DNA of 63,957 nucleotides, filler included, from Nemertoderma westbladi (lineage: Eukaryota > Animalia > Xenacoelomorpha), in assembly GCA_032718475.1 (NCBI GenBank). It is 3 parts of 3 records of this genome, joined end to end, with 100 filler letters (N's around TTAATTAATTAA, not from the genome) between each part and the next. Parts side by side here need not be neighbours in the genome. Positions count along the whole stretch, not along the records: positions 22,128 to 49,846 come from JAUCBJ010005290.1; positions 49,947 to 63,957 come from JAUCBJ010007372.1; 1 more part is not named here. One strand, 5' to 3'. Below, piece by piece: positions 36,930 to 50,285 of this stretch. The first letter of the stretch is position 1; each line of letters starts with the position of its first letter. The notes under the pieces were generated by a model. That model did no database searches. It was not told the DNA's origin and saw nothing but the letters and a program-made list of their open reading frames with translations. The translations under genes and the position numbers were made by a program.

Positions 36930-38452
36930 ATGATTGAGTTGATAGAAGATGATCTTGGTATCAGGGAGCGATATACTCTACCTTTACAAGCGTTTGTTGA
37001 TAGCTTGATACGCGGCGACGCTGGTCCAACTACTACGGAGGACGATGGTCGTTATATCTAACCGCCAATGTCCTGGGAGCAACTTGCGCGTGGGTTGGAC
37101 TGTAGAAAATTCACCGCTCGCTATACGCATCGTAATGGTACGTATATGGACTTCTTAACTACTGGTCATCCTATCGACCTACACGATACGAACGATATAG
37201 ACACCAAAAGGGAAATGGTTTTATTTAAATATCATACCCAGCGGAAGCGGAACGATAAACTGAGACTCGAGCACTAAAATTCTATTCGAAACCGACTCGA
37301 AAGTGCAGATGTTGAAGAGCCGGATAAACGCAGCGACTTCACCAAATACCTGGAATTCTTGAGAGAAACCTATCTCGATATTACCAGTCAACAGAATCTA
37401 GAAACTCGATATCCTCAAGGTATACATCATGACCGCATGGTAGAACTCAAATGGCTCTATTCCACTATGATGTATCTTACCGCCGATCGACCGCTACCTG
37501 TTGTACCGGATAGCTTCGAACAGATGGAGGAATATTGTAAGCTGGAGAAAGATCACTCGCGTTTCCCCTACAAGACGTGCGTCTTTGGTATTATTGCGAT
37601 GAATGCCCTAGACCCAACCAACAAACGGAAAGACCTAAACATCCGCGGAGACGTTGCACTAAACACGGTTTTACTCGCTATACTTATGGGAGTTTCGAGC
37701 GAAATTTGTTTGACGTATCACCTACGCTCGTTCGACTCAGACGATCCTTAAATAAACCAATGATCAGAGTTTCGGAATACTCGATCAGACCTCCTCATTC
37801 CCTAGTGAGACCTCAGGCTCTTAATCCTATTAGTATGACGGATCCTCCCGAGCTGTACTCACTGTTCAAAGATCTAGTGTTACCTGAACAATTAGTCGGT
37901 GGCACCCCGGTTGTGGGCTTCCTAGATATTAGCCCATCCTACCTAGCCGGATTGGGACGCGGACATTTAATATCGCCGTTTAACTCTTACCATCGTCCCG
38001 GCTTAACACGATATAACCTGTCACCAAAGTGGCGGAGAGCGTTGTACCAAATGAGTTAGACGCTATTCTACAAAGATCAGAAAAGGAACTTACGCTTGTT
38101 CAGATAAACGTAAATTGCACTAGCAAGTCCAAGCGGTAAACAAAGTAACTTTATCTCAGTTCGATCGGGAAATCCAGAATCTCTAAGAAGTTATCGAACT
38201 TGGACGACCCTATTCTCTGCGAGAGTTTTTGGATGAACGTATCCAGCTACGAGCGGAGGAAAATCAGCTCGAGGAGAAGCATATCGAAACGGCGGATACC
38301 CCGACCATAATCCTACACCTTTTCATGCAATCATATTGCACCCTTCACCCAGGAGTTATAGCCCTCCTAGTAAAGTGGCTCCCCCCAAAGAGAAAAGGAC
38401 TCTTGCTAGCTTTAAAAAACTGCGTAAACGCCGTCCACGCAAGACAGACTAA
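36930..38452 (+). pseudogene. Extra ORF type A in copy C, degraded, with an internal deletion near 38289
   Basis: Homologous to 4769-6977, with several stops and frameshifts. Confidence 0.85.
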
Positions 38453-38530
38453 CTGTTTAGAGTATTTTTATATTTTAGAAACTGTGATTTTTTATATTTT
38501 ATAGAATTAAATCCCATTTTCTGGGAGCGG

Positions 38531-39694
38531 TGTAAAAGCTTTTGTGGGATATAACTGGCCCTTTCTTTTGCTTCGCAATCCAGTTTCCCTCAATGCGCTC
38601 AAATACTCTAAAGAAAAACTCCCTAACTCAAATGATGCAAGCTACCGGCTGATTGGCTGATTTGCTGTACGTATGGCCTCTTTGTTCTGTTCGATCAACC
38701 AACCAGAGCAAGGTCAACCAAGCAGAGTGATTCATCCTGTGTGTTGGCTAAGGGCTGCAAAAACCCGAATAGTTCGGCATTTAGACATTCGTGGAATCTG
38801 TGGAATATGGAGCTCTGCCAATGAGAGCTTTTCCTCTTTGTGTTGAAAGCTACCTGCAACAGCTCACAGGGTTCAGTGTGTTGGTTTTTCCAGAGCCTAG
38901 AACATCAGCTATGGAATTATTCTGAATTATTCCAACATTAGAACGGCTTTAATTATAAGAACACATAACTGTTACCGGTACGGTACGGTACGGTACCTAC
39001 TGCTGTATTGCACATTATTTACTGCTATTTACTGTTTGTTATTAATTGTATCAGTTGTTTACATATTGTTATTTGGAGAATAACGATAAACGATCAGAAA
39101 CCCCGATCTTCTTGATACACTAAGGTTAGAGAGACCGGTTACATATAGCAATTGCGACTTATATTATCGTGGTTTGTAGTGAATTGAATGCTATTTTATA
39201 GGCCCTACAAATGTCGGTTGCTATTCTCTTTATATATGATTAAAATCAGTGACTATCGGCAATTCAGTGTGCAGCGGTGTGCAATAGTCTGTATGTGCTT
39301 GTCCGCGTAACAAAGCATCTCCTAAAGAATGCGCCTTATGTGTAACTTATAATCCATTCCGTTGTGTTTAGTGTAAGCCATAGCTCTGTTTATATAGATA
39401 GAGCGCCACGTCCTAAAGGAACTGCTAATATTTCCCGAAAGTGAATGATATTTGTCAGGAATTATATTAACGATCAATCGAATAGTACGGTAGGCCTGCA
39501 CCGCAATCAAATTAAAGCATCCGAATCCAGTCTCCCGGGTATATCCAGAGGGTGAATGGTCGCGCATAGACTGGCTTCGGCTAATGTTGGATTTAATTGT
39601 GTCAAATACTTGTCATAGGCTAAAGTCGATTTATAACCTAGAAGACATATAGATTTGGCGGGTTAAACTGCCAAAGGTCTTAAAAGCGCGAACA
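38531..39694 (+). repeat. 3' LTR of BEL copy C (1164 bp)
   Basis: Direct repeat of the 5' LTR, preceded by GGGAGCGG. Confidence 0.96.
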
Positions 39695-40745
39695 TTGGCC
39701 TTTCCCTAGAAGCATTAGATTGGATTCGCTCATACCTCTCAGAACGATGCCAGTTTGTAATTATCAGTAATTCCAAGTCAGGTCTACTTAAGATAAAGCG
39801 CGGCTTGCCCCAAGGATCCATATTAGCCCCGTTACTGTTCCTAATCTATCTGAATGACTACGATTTGTCTACAGACTGACAGATGGCCCGTCCCCTAAGT
39901 ACGCCAATGATACAAACCTCACCTGTAGTGGGAAAGACGCAGCATCCATTGGCAGATCCCTCACCACAACCCTCGAAAAAGTCTCCCTATGGGCCATTGA
40001 TAATAGGCTCAGCATCCACCCGGACTAACTAGAAATTATCATTTTTGGGACACCAGTGGCTTGCCTCCAGCACAGATTTCAGAGTCTATTACCAAAACAA
40101 GCCAATCCTAAAGTCATCCTTTGTGAAATTCCTTGGTTTCCTTTCCACCTCGATGAAACTCTATCAGGCGTAAAAGCTGCCTCTGCCATAATAAAGAAGG
40201 GAAACGCAACATTCAGACATTACGCTTCCTATACAGAAACTCCAGCTTCCTAAATGGTCCCCTTCGCCGTCTATTCTGCAATGCCCTCATTCAACCTCAT
40301 CTGGATGCGGTCATATCGTGCTGGTTCCACAGCATAAACCAGCCATTCACGTGCCCAGCTGGAAGCTTTGCAAATGAAGTGTGTCTGCTTTTGCTTATTC
40401 CTAGACTCCCGAACTCATATCTCCATCGCTCACTTCATCCAAATAAACTGGCTGCCTCTGAACTGTCGCGCAATACAGGTTATCCTGACTTGGATGTTTA
40501 AAATCAAGAACACCTTAGCGCCTGAATATCTTTGTGATCTAATATCCTTTCCCCCATCTCAGAGAAATCTCTGGGGAAAACCGCGCTCTAATACCACGGA
40601 AACTATCGGCTGTGGGGTGTGATTCCCTCTCATACACAGGTCCAGTACTCTGGAATAAGTTGCCAGCCGCCATCACGAGTTCAGCATCAGTCGAGATTTT
40701 TAAACATAATGTAAAGACTCACTTATTCGCTATCAGCCTAACTAA
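39695..40745 (+). pseudogene. CR1/L2-like LINE RT C-terminal fragment (continues from 26651-26687)
   Basis: WIRSYLSERCQFV, GLPQGSILAPLLFLIYLND, YANDT, APEYL, SYTGPVLWNKLP, FKHNVK; frameshifted. Confidence 0.85.
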
Positions 40746-40876
40746 TGATCTGGAGCATTGGACACGCCCAGGCCGTTTTGCCTTCCTATTCCTAGACTCG
40801 CAGCCTCTCTCTACCCCAGTGTCTCATGATTGACTTCAGAATTACCAGAATCTAGTTTTTGAAATTATTTGGTCCT

Positions 40877-42045
40877 ACTAATTACCCCAACCTACCACAA
40901 TCTACCACAATCTACCCCAATAATTCGATACAGGCATCTAATTACCACAATAGTATTTTACAATGGCATCTAATTACCACAATATACAGAACTCAAGTGT
41001 CTATTTACCACAAGACTAACTGCGCATCTAATTACCACAATATACAGAACGCAAGTGTCTAATTACCACAATACTATACAGCGTCTAATTACCGCAATAT
41101 ACAGAACGCAAGTGTCTAATTACCACAACACTATACTGCGTCTAATTACCACAATATACAGAACGCGAGTGTCTAATAATTACCACAACACTATACTGCG
41201 TCTAATTACCACAATATACAGAATGCAAGTATCTATTTACCACAACACTACACTGCATCTAATTACCACAATATACAGAACTCAAGTGTCTATTTACCAC
41301 ACAACTATACTGCGTCTAATTACCACAAGACTATACTGCGTCTAATTACCACAATCTATTTACGAACAAGACTACACTGCACACTGCATCTAATTACCAC
41401 AATATTATTTTACAATGGCATCTAATTACCACAATATACAGAACGCAAGTGTCTATTTACCACAAGACTATACTGCGTCTAATTACCACAACACTATACT
41501 GCGTCTAATTACCACAACACTATACTGCGTCTAATTACCACAACACTATACTGCGTCTAATTACCACAATCTATTTACCACAAGACTACACTGCATCTAA
41601 TTACCACAATATTATTTTACAATGGCATCTAATTACCACAATATACAGTATGCAAGTGTCTAATTACCACAACACAATACTGCGTCTAATTACCACAATC
41701 TATTTACCACAAGACTACACTGCATCTAATTACCACAATATTATTTTACAATGGCATCTAATTACCACAATATCTGAATATACAGAATGCAAGAGAGTGT
41801 ATAATTACCACAATATACAGTACGGTAGTTATTAATATTCAGTGTCTACACTACACTGTATCTAATTACCACAATATTATTTTACAATGGCATCTAATTA
41901 CCACAATATCTGAATATACAGAATGCAAGAGAGTGTCTAATTACCACAATATACAGTACGGTAGTTATTAATATTCAGTGTCTAATTACCGCAAGACTTC
42001 ACTAACGTCTAATTACCACAATATACAGAACTCAAGTGTCTAATC
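40877..42045. repeat. Degenerate minisatellite built on TCTAATTACCACAA
   Basis: Dozens of 26-30-bp variants sharing this core. Confidence 0.92.
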
Positions 42046-42110
42046 ACGAGTAGGACTAAAAACCCAAACGGACCCAAACGGTACCCAAACGGTGGAATAC
42101 GGAGTTATTT

Positions 42111-42980
42111 CAACAGATGTTATAGTTGCCACAACGGGGAAACAATTATACGATTATACGAAAAATAATTACATTAATGCAGCTTTTTGTGTTTTACTTT
42201 CATGAAGAACACAAAAAACGGTGCCAAGCCCGTATAAATGCAGAGGCTCATCTATCAACCACGCTATTTTACACGTATATGATATACAATGGACATCATT
42301 ATGTATAAAGTAGCGCTTTATTTATACGGGGGGGGGGGGGGGGGGGGCTGAAAGCAATTGGAGAATTGATATCTCGTTTCAATGGTAAAGCATCAAATTA
42401 AGGGAGAGGAGCTAGTTAAACTGCTACGTTATTCTAACCAAAACAATAAACTAATGTCAATCGAACATGGTTAAGGTATTAGTTTTGGAAGTAATCAGTT
42501 GTTATTTCTGTAAATATCGTTTGTATCGAAAGACCCCCCTATTTAAAGTACTGTATACTTAGTTATCTAAATAAAAAGTATTTATTGTTGGGTGTTGTAG
42601 TTAAAGTTGCCGCCCTCTGGAAACAATCGCCACTACGATGTTATAGTTGCCCAAACGGAAGAAACAATCGCCACTACGGAGGATATAGTTGCCACAACGG
42701 AGGAAACAATCGCCACAACGGGGGACACAATCGCCACAACGGGGGACACAATCGCCACAACAGATGTTATACTGTATTTGCTACAACGGAGAAACAATTA
42801 TACGATTATATGAAATAATAATTACAGTAATGCAGCTTTTTGTGTTTTACATTCATGAAGAACACAAAAAACGGTGCCAAGCCCGTATAAATGCAGAGGC
42901 TCATCTATCAACCACGCTATTTTACACGTATATGATATACAATGGACATCATTATGTACAGTATAAAGTAGCGCTTTATC
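42111..42980. repeat. ~215-bp direct duplication (42111-42325 and 42759-42980) plus AATCGCCACAACGG array (42620-42760); possibly a MULE terminus
   Basis: The repeats are seen directly. The link to the adjacent MULE is inference. Confidence 0.7.
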
Positions 42981-43099
42981 ATTTAATTCCTAATAAAAAT
43001 AATCTTAGTTCATATAAATCAATTATTGGGGCACAATTTCAGTATATTACAGTATATCCATAACGAAATCAGTTTATTTCATTTAGTAATAAGTTCTTA

Positions 43100-43415
43100 G
43101 GTAGGTGAGTCTGTCGGTAGGTCAGTTGGTTAGTCTTTCGGTTGGTCAGTCTGTAATTCAATCTGTCGGTCAGTCTGTTGGTCAGTCTGTCGGTGAGTCT
43201 GTCGGTAGGTGAGTTAGTTAGTCTATCGGTCAGTCGGTCGGTTGGTCACTGGTCACTCTGCCCGTCAGTCTCTCGGTCGGTTGGTCAGTTTGTCAGTCAG
43301 TGTGTCGGTCGGTCAGTTTGTTTGTCAGTGGGTCAGTCGGATGGTCAGTCTGTCGGTCGGTTGGTCAGTCTGTCGGTCAGTCGGTTGGTTGGTCAGACTG
43401 GGTGGGTCTGTCAGT
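43100..43415. repeat. Degenerate (GTCN/GGTC)n tetranucleotide microsatellite
   Basis: Seen directly. Confidence 0.85.
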
Positions 43416-43459
43416 GTGTACCATCTTAAGTTAGATAGACGGTCGCTCAGTTCGGCTGA

Positions 43460-44560
43460 CTGAAAATAAATCATCTTTGTATTATGCGGGTGCGCTCGCT
43501 TTTGGGACGTTTGCGTTGTTGGGGTTTTTTTGCAGTTCCTTTTCTTCTAGGCATCGTGAATATTTTATCTTTTGAAAATATTACTTCGGATTCCCCTTTA
43601 GGTTGACCAGATCCACTACATGGTAGTCGCTTATCGCTTATGGATAAAGTCCATTACCAGCTTATCTTTTTGGGCTTCAGTTTTCTGCAAGTTTCAGTTT
43701 TCAGTATTCTTATCGAATACTGGGTACTTTGTTAAAAAGGGCATAAGCTCGAATAAACGAGTATTGAACGTATGTTCATCACAACTTTTTGCAATACCAT
43801 TCGGACCGAATATAATACCTATGATAGCATTGCGTTCGTCCCCATCGCAGCCAACTTTATTAATTAGGTATCGACTTATATCGTCTTTGAGATGTTTACT
43901 ACAAATAATGTTAGTTGCAGACGGAAAAGCAACTCTAATTGCTTTCGTCAAACCCTTTTCCTGATCGCTTCCTATTCTAACTTCCACTGTCCTAGCATCG
44001 GTGGTTAGTTTCGTCTTTATATGTGAAAGAAATGGAAAATATGTATTAAATTCGCCGTCCCAATGTAGAAGCATGGGTCCCAAAAAAATGGGAATTTCTG
44101 AATTTTCTTTGCGCGCTAAAGCTTGATTTTTATACACTAAAGTAGTAACAAAAACTGGACCTAAATTAAATGTCCGATCTATTCCTATAATACTCGCGCT
44201 GTTTCTTTTAAAGTCTTCCAGTTGTTTCTCTGTGTATAGAATAACACTGGGTGGCTTATTTTTTTGATGTATTATTTCCTGAACAAAAGGATCGCTATGA
44301 ATGGATGAGATAACACTTAATACATCATCAGCCAAATTGCTTGATACCTGTTCGCATTTCTTTTCAACAAGTTTTCTTTTATTGTTGTATTTTTTGTTGC
44401 GTATTTGGCGAAAGTCTCTCGGCACCTCCATCGAATTATCATGAACCATCATAGATAGATAAAATTGGTCTACATATTACGCTACAAGCAGCTGCCATAG
44501 TCCAGCTGCTTGAAAATGAACCATCTTTCGCACAGTCTGTTATTGTCTTTTCATATCTTT
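43460..44560 (-). pseudogene. MULE (Mutator) DDE transposase fragment
   Basis: IGIDRTFNLG...PIFLGPMLLH...GSDQEKGLTKAIRVAFP...CSKH (D, D, CxxH). The basic C-terminus is joined after an internal deletion. Confidence 0.85.
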
Positions 44561-44562
44561 TT

Positions 44563-45545
44563 ATCTAGCGCGTAGGTTGACCTCGTGTACCATACGACGG
44601 ACAAGATCCTCTCGATTGTCCGGAGGTTCAACGAGTATACCGTCGACACGAGCGGCCTCGATTGGCGGACGTTGTAACATAGGAGCGTCAGCGATAAGAT
44701 CTCTAGACCTTAAGTTGATATCAACCGGTTGGGGATGTACCGTGGAGAAGAGTTTGTCTCCGAAATGGGGAACCATCGAAGGATGAATAATGGTTTTGGA
44801 ATAGAGATCAGTCATAAGGATTTGAGCTTCTGGTTGGGCTAAAGCTGCTTCTTCTCTCTCATCCATTTCGATGTGTTTCTCCTCGAGCTGATTTTCCTCC
44901 GCTTGTCGTTGGAAGCGTTCGTCCAAAAACTCTTGCAGAGAGTAGGTTCGTCCAAGTTCGATATCTTCTTCGAGATTTTGGATTTCCCGATCGAATTGGG
45001 GTAAAGCTAATTATTTTACCGCTTGGACTTGTTGTTGCAATTTACGTTTGTCTAAACAATCGTAGGTTCCTTTTCCGATCTTTTGTCGAATAGCGTCTAA
45101 CGCGTTTCGTACAACGCTCTCCTCCACATCGGTGACGGGTTGTATCGGGGTTAAACCGGGACGATTATACGGGTTGAACGGCGATATTAGATGTCCGCAT
45201 CCCAATCCGGCTAGGTAGGATGGGCGAATATCTAGAGAGCCCACAACCGGAGTGCCACCGACTAATTGTTCGGGTAACACTAGATCTTTGAACAATGAGT
45301 ACAACTCAGGAGGATCCGTCATACTATTAGGATCAAGAGTCTGAGGTCTCACCAGGGAATGAGGAGGTCTGACCGAGTATTCCGGAACTCTGATCATAGG
45401 TTTATTTAAGGATCGTTTGAGTCGAGCGAGCGTAGGTGATACGTCGAACAAGTTTCGCTCGAAACTCCCGTAAGTGTAGCGAGTAAAACTGTGTTTAGCG
45501 CAACGTCTCCGCGGATGTTTATGTCTTTCCATGTGTTGGTTGGGT
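44563..45545 (-). pseudogene. Fragment of type-A extra ORF (BEL copy E), interrupted by copy D
   Basis: The translation is nearly identical to 5455-6437. Confidence 0.9.
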
Positions 45546-46010
45546 TGTAAAAGCCTTTGCTGAATTGCCCCGTTATTTTTATTATCTTTTACATTAAAAT
45601 ACTCTGTAGTTGATTTAATAAGTGTAAGAGACCGTATTATTGCTGTATCGGTGTTTTTAGAGGATCTAAGACCTATTTCCTCCGTATGTGTACTGTGAAA
45701 GGCATATTTTATGATTCTATGGCAATTCGTGACGCAAAGGGGTGATAGCTACTCTTGAACAGTAGTTACTATGACTACGGTTAACAGCTGACATTCATAC
45801 GTGTTGATTTCCTTTGTTCTACGGCGTCTCTCAGTTCAGTCAGCCAATTAGAGCGTTTTTGTGGCTCCTTGTACAGAAAATTTCCGAGAAATGACGCAAT
45901 GCCTATGTGCAGTGTTTACATTCAGTCTTGAGCCAAAGAAAGAACGGCTTGGAAGTATTTTGTGCTTACTGTTTTTAGTCTTACACTAGTAGGTTTAATT
46001 ATAAAGGGCA

Positions 46011-46022
46011 TATATCCTTTAA
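46011..46022 (+). promoter_or_regulatory. Putative self-primer of copy D (TATATCCTTTAA)
   Basis: Exact reverse complement of 46785-46796, at the position homologous to 27119-27129. Confidence 0.7.
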
Positions 46023-46784
46023 CTGACATATCTGCTACCTAAGATACTGCTACGATCATACATCCTGACTGCTGAAACATTGCAAACTCTAACAATCAGT
46101 GTTCAGTTGTTGTTTTATACTGCTATTTACTGTCAGTTCTTCATAATATGGTTGATGAATTATTATATTTGGAATAACGATAAATAACCCCGAAACCCAA
46201 TATTCTTGATATACCGAAGGTAAGAGAGAAAGGTTACCAGATAAACGATTGTGACTTATGTTAAAGTGGTTTGAAGTGAATCTAATGTTATTTGATAGAC
46301 CCTACATGAGTCAGTCTGTGTTCCTTTTATATGTGACTAAAATCAGTGAAGATTGGCAGATTAGTGTGCAGTATTGTGCAGCATTGTGTATGAGTGAGTC
46401 TGTTAAAGAAGCAATTCCTAAAGAATGCGCCATATATGTGAATTATAATTAAGCCATATCGTTGTGAGTAGTTTAAGTCATAACTCTGTTTATATAGATA
46501 AAGCGCCACGTCCTAAAGGAACTGTTAATATTACCGAAGGTGAATAATATTGTCAGAGATTATATAATACTGTCAGTCGAATAATACATTAGGCTTACAT
46601 AGCAATAAAATTAAACCGTCGAACCCAATCTCCCGGGAATATCCAGCGGGTGAATGGTCGCGCACGGATTGGTTTCGACTAGTGTAGTGAATCAAATACT
46701 TGTCATAGACTAAAAGCAGATTTAATATCTAGAAGACATCTTAATTTGGTGGGTTAAACTGCCAAAGGTCTGAAAGCGCGAACA

Positions 46785-46796
46785 TTAAAGGATATA
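46785..46796 (+). promoter_or_regulatory. Non-tRNA PBS of copy D (TTAAAGGATATA)
   Basis: Abuts the LTR end and is complementary to 46011-46022. Confidence 0.75.
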
Positions 46797-48995
46797 GCTT
46801 CTTTATTGCAGTAAGCAATAAAGTTGAAAGTACCGGTCAACCGGTACATCTGTAGGTCAGTAGGCCCAACTGCCAGAACCGGTACCAGTAGGCCTGACTA
46901 CCTAACCACCCGGACCGGTACCTACAGCAGTACAGGTACAGCAGTATTATTCGATTTTGATAATTATATACCAGTAGGCCTTAATAATTAATCAGGGACT
47001 GCAGCCCTGGTTTTTTATTGAGATTTTTACTTATTTCTGTCAAGTTTTATTTGTTTGTAGGCCAGTATTGAACAGAAGGCGTGTAAACCTGATCAGATTG
47101 TACAGACAATTTGTAGGCTGAGCTGTTGTCTGATTGCTGTTAAGTCCGAACGGATTACAGTGTGTGTAGAGCACTTGTCCGATTAAGTACGATTAGGAAG
47201 TAGGGGCAGCGAACGCTGTAAGGTAAACCCCAACTAAAGAATAAGTCGCACTACTGGGTTAGAGCGCATACTCCCTAATCATTTCGGAGTCTGCATGTCC
47301 TGTAGTTTATTTAGGCTTGAGAGTAGTCTGCCATCGTTTGGTCTGTACTTTGTTTGTGTAAGTCTGTACGGGTAGCGTATAATTTTATTTAGATAATTTG
47401 TAGGCTGGATAGTTGTCTGGCTGTTATTAAGTCTGAACGGATTGCCGCGTGTGTAGATCATCTGTCCGATTAAGTACGATTAGGCAGTAGGGGCAGCGAA
47501 CGCTGTAAGGTAAACCCCCAACTAAAGAATAAGTCGCACTACTGGGTTAGAGCGCATACTCCCTAATCATTTCGGAGTCTGCATATACCGTAGTTTGTTT
47601 AGGCTTGATAGTAGTCTGTCAGTGTTCGGTCTGTATTTTGTTTGAGTAGTTTGTACGCGTAGCGTAATATTTATTATTCAGAGTTTATGCGATTATTCGC
47701 AACATTCAAGTCCCCAAGTTTGTTCCTACAGTAATTGTGTTTGTTATACATACCGCTATAGTTAAATTAACCCCGGTACTACACGGGCTGCTCGGCGTAG
47801 GTAAAGACTGGTGATTTTGTGCATCGGTCACTCCAGCAGATGCCGTGGTTCTTTTAGCTGTTCAAGTATATTTAACTACTGATTATCTGTTGTACAAGTA
47901 CTCGTACCTAATTTAGGGTTTAGTGTACAGTGCTTTCCGAAAGTAATTAGTGTAGACATTATATTTGTGTTGTAAAGTGGTTGATAGGCACATTCGATTA
48001 GCTCTATTAACTTCTAGGTAGGAACACTCCGTGATACATAACGTAGAACCTATAGCGATACGGCTATAGGTCGTCAGGCGGTGGTATTTTCCTATCTAGA
48101 CAACGCAGTGTATTTACTACTACTTATTATTTCAAATACCGTAGTACCCTGTCCGTGTAATAACCAGTTTTCTAACCCTTTGTTAGGCTGGTTTGTAGAC
48201 TTCTTGTAAAAATACCCTAAAAATTCGTATTTTGTGTTTTTGTAAATTTTTGTGTTTATTTAGAGATTGTAATCTCAACCCGAATTGTACGTAATTTGTA
48301 GTATTAAGTAACTTAGGTAAATTAGAATTATTTGTTTTAGTGTCCTGTACGTAACACTTCACTGAAAGCGCACCGCTTTGTGTAGTGATTACTCCCCAGA
48401 AATAATAACATTTATTTCAAACATTGACAAAACCCACTAAAACGGGTATATATATATTATAAATCAAATCTAACGATTTATAAATCGTAGGCCTACCATA
48501 CAACCATTAGGTCTCAATATCAGTTGGATTACTGCTCAAATAACGGTAATAAAGTAAGTAAAGTAACCAAGTAACCCTAAAATTCAGAAATTCAATTATT
48601 TAAAATAATTGATATACCGGTATTTACGATAGGCCTATTATCTTTATTTCTATAAATTTAGGCTGAAATTATACCGGTACTTGTAATTAATTCTAGTCCA
48701 GAATTATATATACTACAAACTGTAAGCTGTATACCGGTATTCCGATAGGCCTATTATATATATATATATATTTGCGCTAAAATTATACCGGTATTCTGTG
48801 ATAAACCTAGTCTGTAATAATACTTATATAGTTATATGTACTATAAGCATACCGGTATTCTAATATATTATATATATCACGCTACACTGAGTAGCAGTAC
48901 CGGTAATTAATTACTAGGCTAGCAGTTCATACTGAGTTACTAGACTTGCTTAGACTGTAATATAGCAGTAGGCATTCAACTGTACATACCTAGTC

Positions 48996-49846
48996 ATGTC
49001 TGATACTAAGCAGAACCTGTCAGACAGTTTATTAGATGTAACTATCTGCGACTCAGATAGAGACGTACAACCGTCTGGTCGTAAATCCAGTTCACCTCCC
49101 ACTGTGAGGAAGGTCATCCCTCCAGTAGTAATAACAGAACCTAGGCTAGTCCAACATCGTAGGTCTATCATAGGCACTCGAGCTCAGGTCAAGCGGGACC
49201 AAAAGGCAGCGGAACAGCAACAACCCGCTAGTCAAGAACTTATTCCTCAGCGGCCCAGCAGCTCCAGTAGTGAGGATACTGTAGAGCTGACACCCGAGAG
49301 CGGAGCAGAGATGACGGATGCGGTTTATACGGATCCCCTTCTCATCCTTCCTGCAGCCGTGCTCGCTGGGTTATTGATCGCGGTGGAAGAACACCAGATC
49401 GATTGGGCGAGAAGTCAACGGTCAACTAGAGATAGTTACGCGGGATACACTAGTGAAGAACTGAAGTCTATTGTCGAGTCGCAATGGAACTTCCCCGGAC
49501 CCGGACTCCCGTTTGATTTATCAGAAGCTGCCTGGGAAGACATACACCGGATGGGAGTAGCCAAGGAAACCATCGATCCAGCTGTATGGAAGAGGTCCGC
49601 AGCCGGATACGCCCAGGGATTCTTCAGCTCTATGGAGCGAGTAGAGAGACAACTGTTTCAACAACCTCAAGGACCTCAAGAGCAGGGATCGCTGCTTTAT
49701 CAAGTTAGAGAAAGAGTTCTGCGGATTAGGCTAATCTTATCCGCCTTTGAGGAGGCTTCTAAAAGAAGACAAGACACGTCGTTGCAAGTTGCCGTGAAGA
49801 CTTGGTTTCAACGGGTGAGTCGCCAGGTTCAAGGAGCAGCTCAGTG
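48996..49846 (+). CDS. gag: BEL Gag N-terminal region (open until the gap)
   Basis: Close homologue of 30699-31550 with no stops. Confidence 0.85.
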
Positions 49847-49946
49847 NNNNNNNNNNNNNNNNNNNNNNNNNNNNNNNNNNNNNNNNNNNNTTAATTAATT
49901 AANNNNNNNNNNNNNNNNNNNNNNNNNNNNNNNNNNNNNNNNNNNN
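49847..49946. other. Assembly gap with artificial TTAATTAATTAA spacer
   Basis: 100 nt of N with a central linker. Confidence 0.97.
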
Positions 49947-50285
49947 ATAACGCCCAGGTGAGGCGCTCGGTTTCGATGTCGAACGGGGGCGGATTACCTC
50001 GAAGAATGAAGCTTCTCGGATCGCGGTGGTCCGACATCTTCAGTAGTGTTGGCAGATTGGCGTTGAGTGAGTTGGGTGGTGTAGGTAGGTCGAACCTAAA
50101 GCTGCGCCATGACTAATCAGGGGGGCAGGGTGCAGCAATGCAGACAGCCGTAGTACAGTAGTACGTATGTACTGCTGTATAATCAGGAAGGATGTACCGA
50201 TATCATAAAACATAATATAATAATAATAAGATAAGCTACGCCATCTAGCGGGCCATAGGCGTAGGGCTTATGGTGATACTACACA
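49947..50285 (-). mobile_element. 5' end of a Gypsy-like LTR element (LTR 50110-50285, PBS TGGCGCAGC, gag start at 50037)
   Basis: Minus strand reads TG...CA (176 bp), then TGGCGCAGC, then MSDHRDPRSFILRGNPPPFDIETERLTWAL. It begins exactly where the Penelope left arm stops matching the right arm. Confidence 0.65.

Larger units (their letters stand above)
26688..39694 (+). mobile_element. Complete non-autonomous BEL/Pao element, copy C (13,007 bp)
   Basis: LTRs 26688-27843 and 38531-39694 are nearly identical. TSD TTGGC (26683-26687 and 39695-39699). PPT 38523-38530. Removing it restores LINE reading frame HDILLHKLRCIGLSLEALDWIRSYL. Confidence 0.96.
45546..49846 (+). mobile_element. BEL/Pao copy D (5' LTR 45546-46784, leader, gag start); runs into a gap
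   Basis: LTR TGTAAAAGCC...GCGAACA. Leader and gag are collinear with copy C. Confidence 0.92.

Noticed and set aside
49965-50045. CTGAAGA...GAAA on the minus strand as a hammerhead
   Set aside because: The best pairing consumes core nucleotides, and the stretch is better explained as a Gypsy-like gag start.
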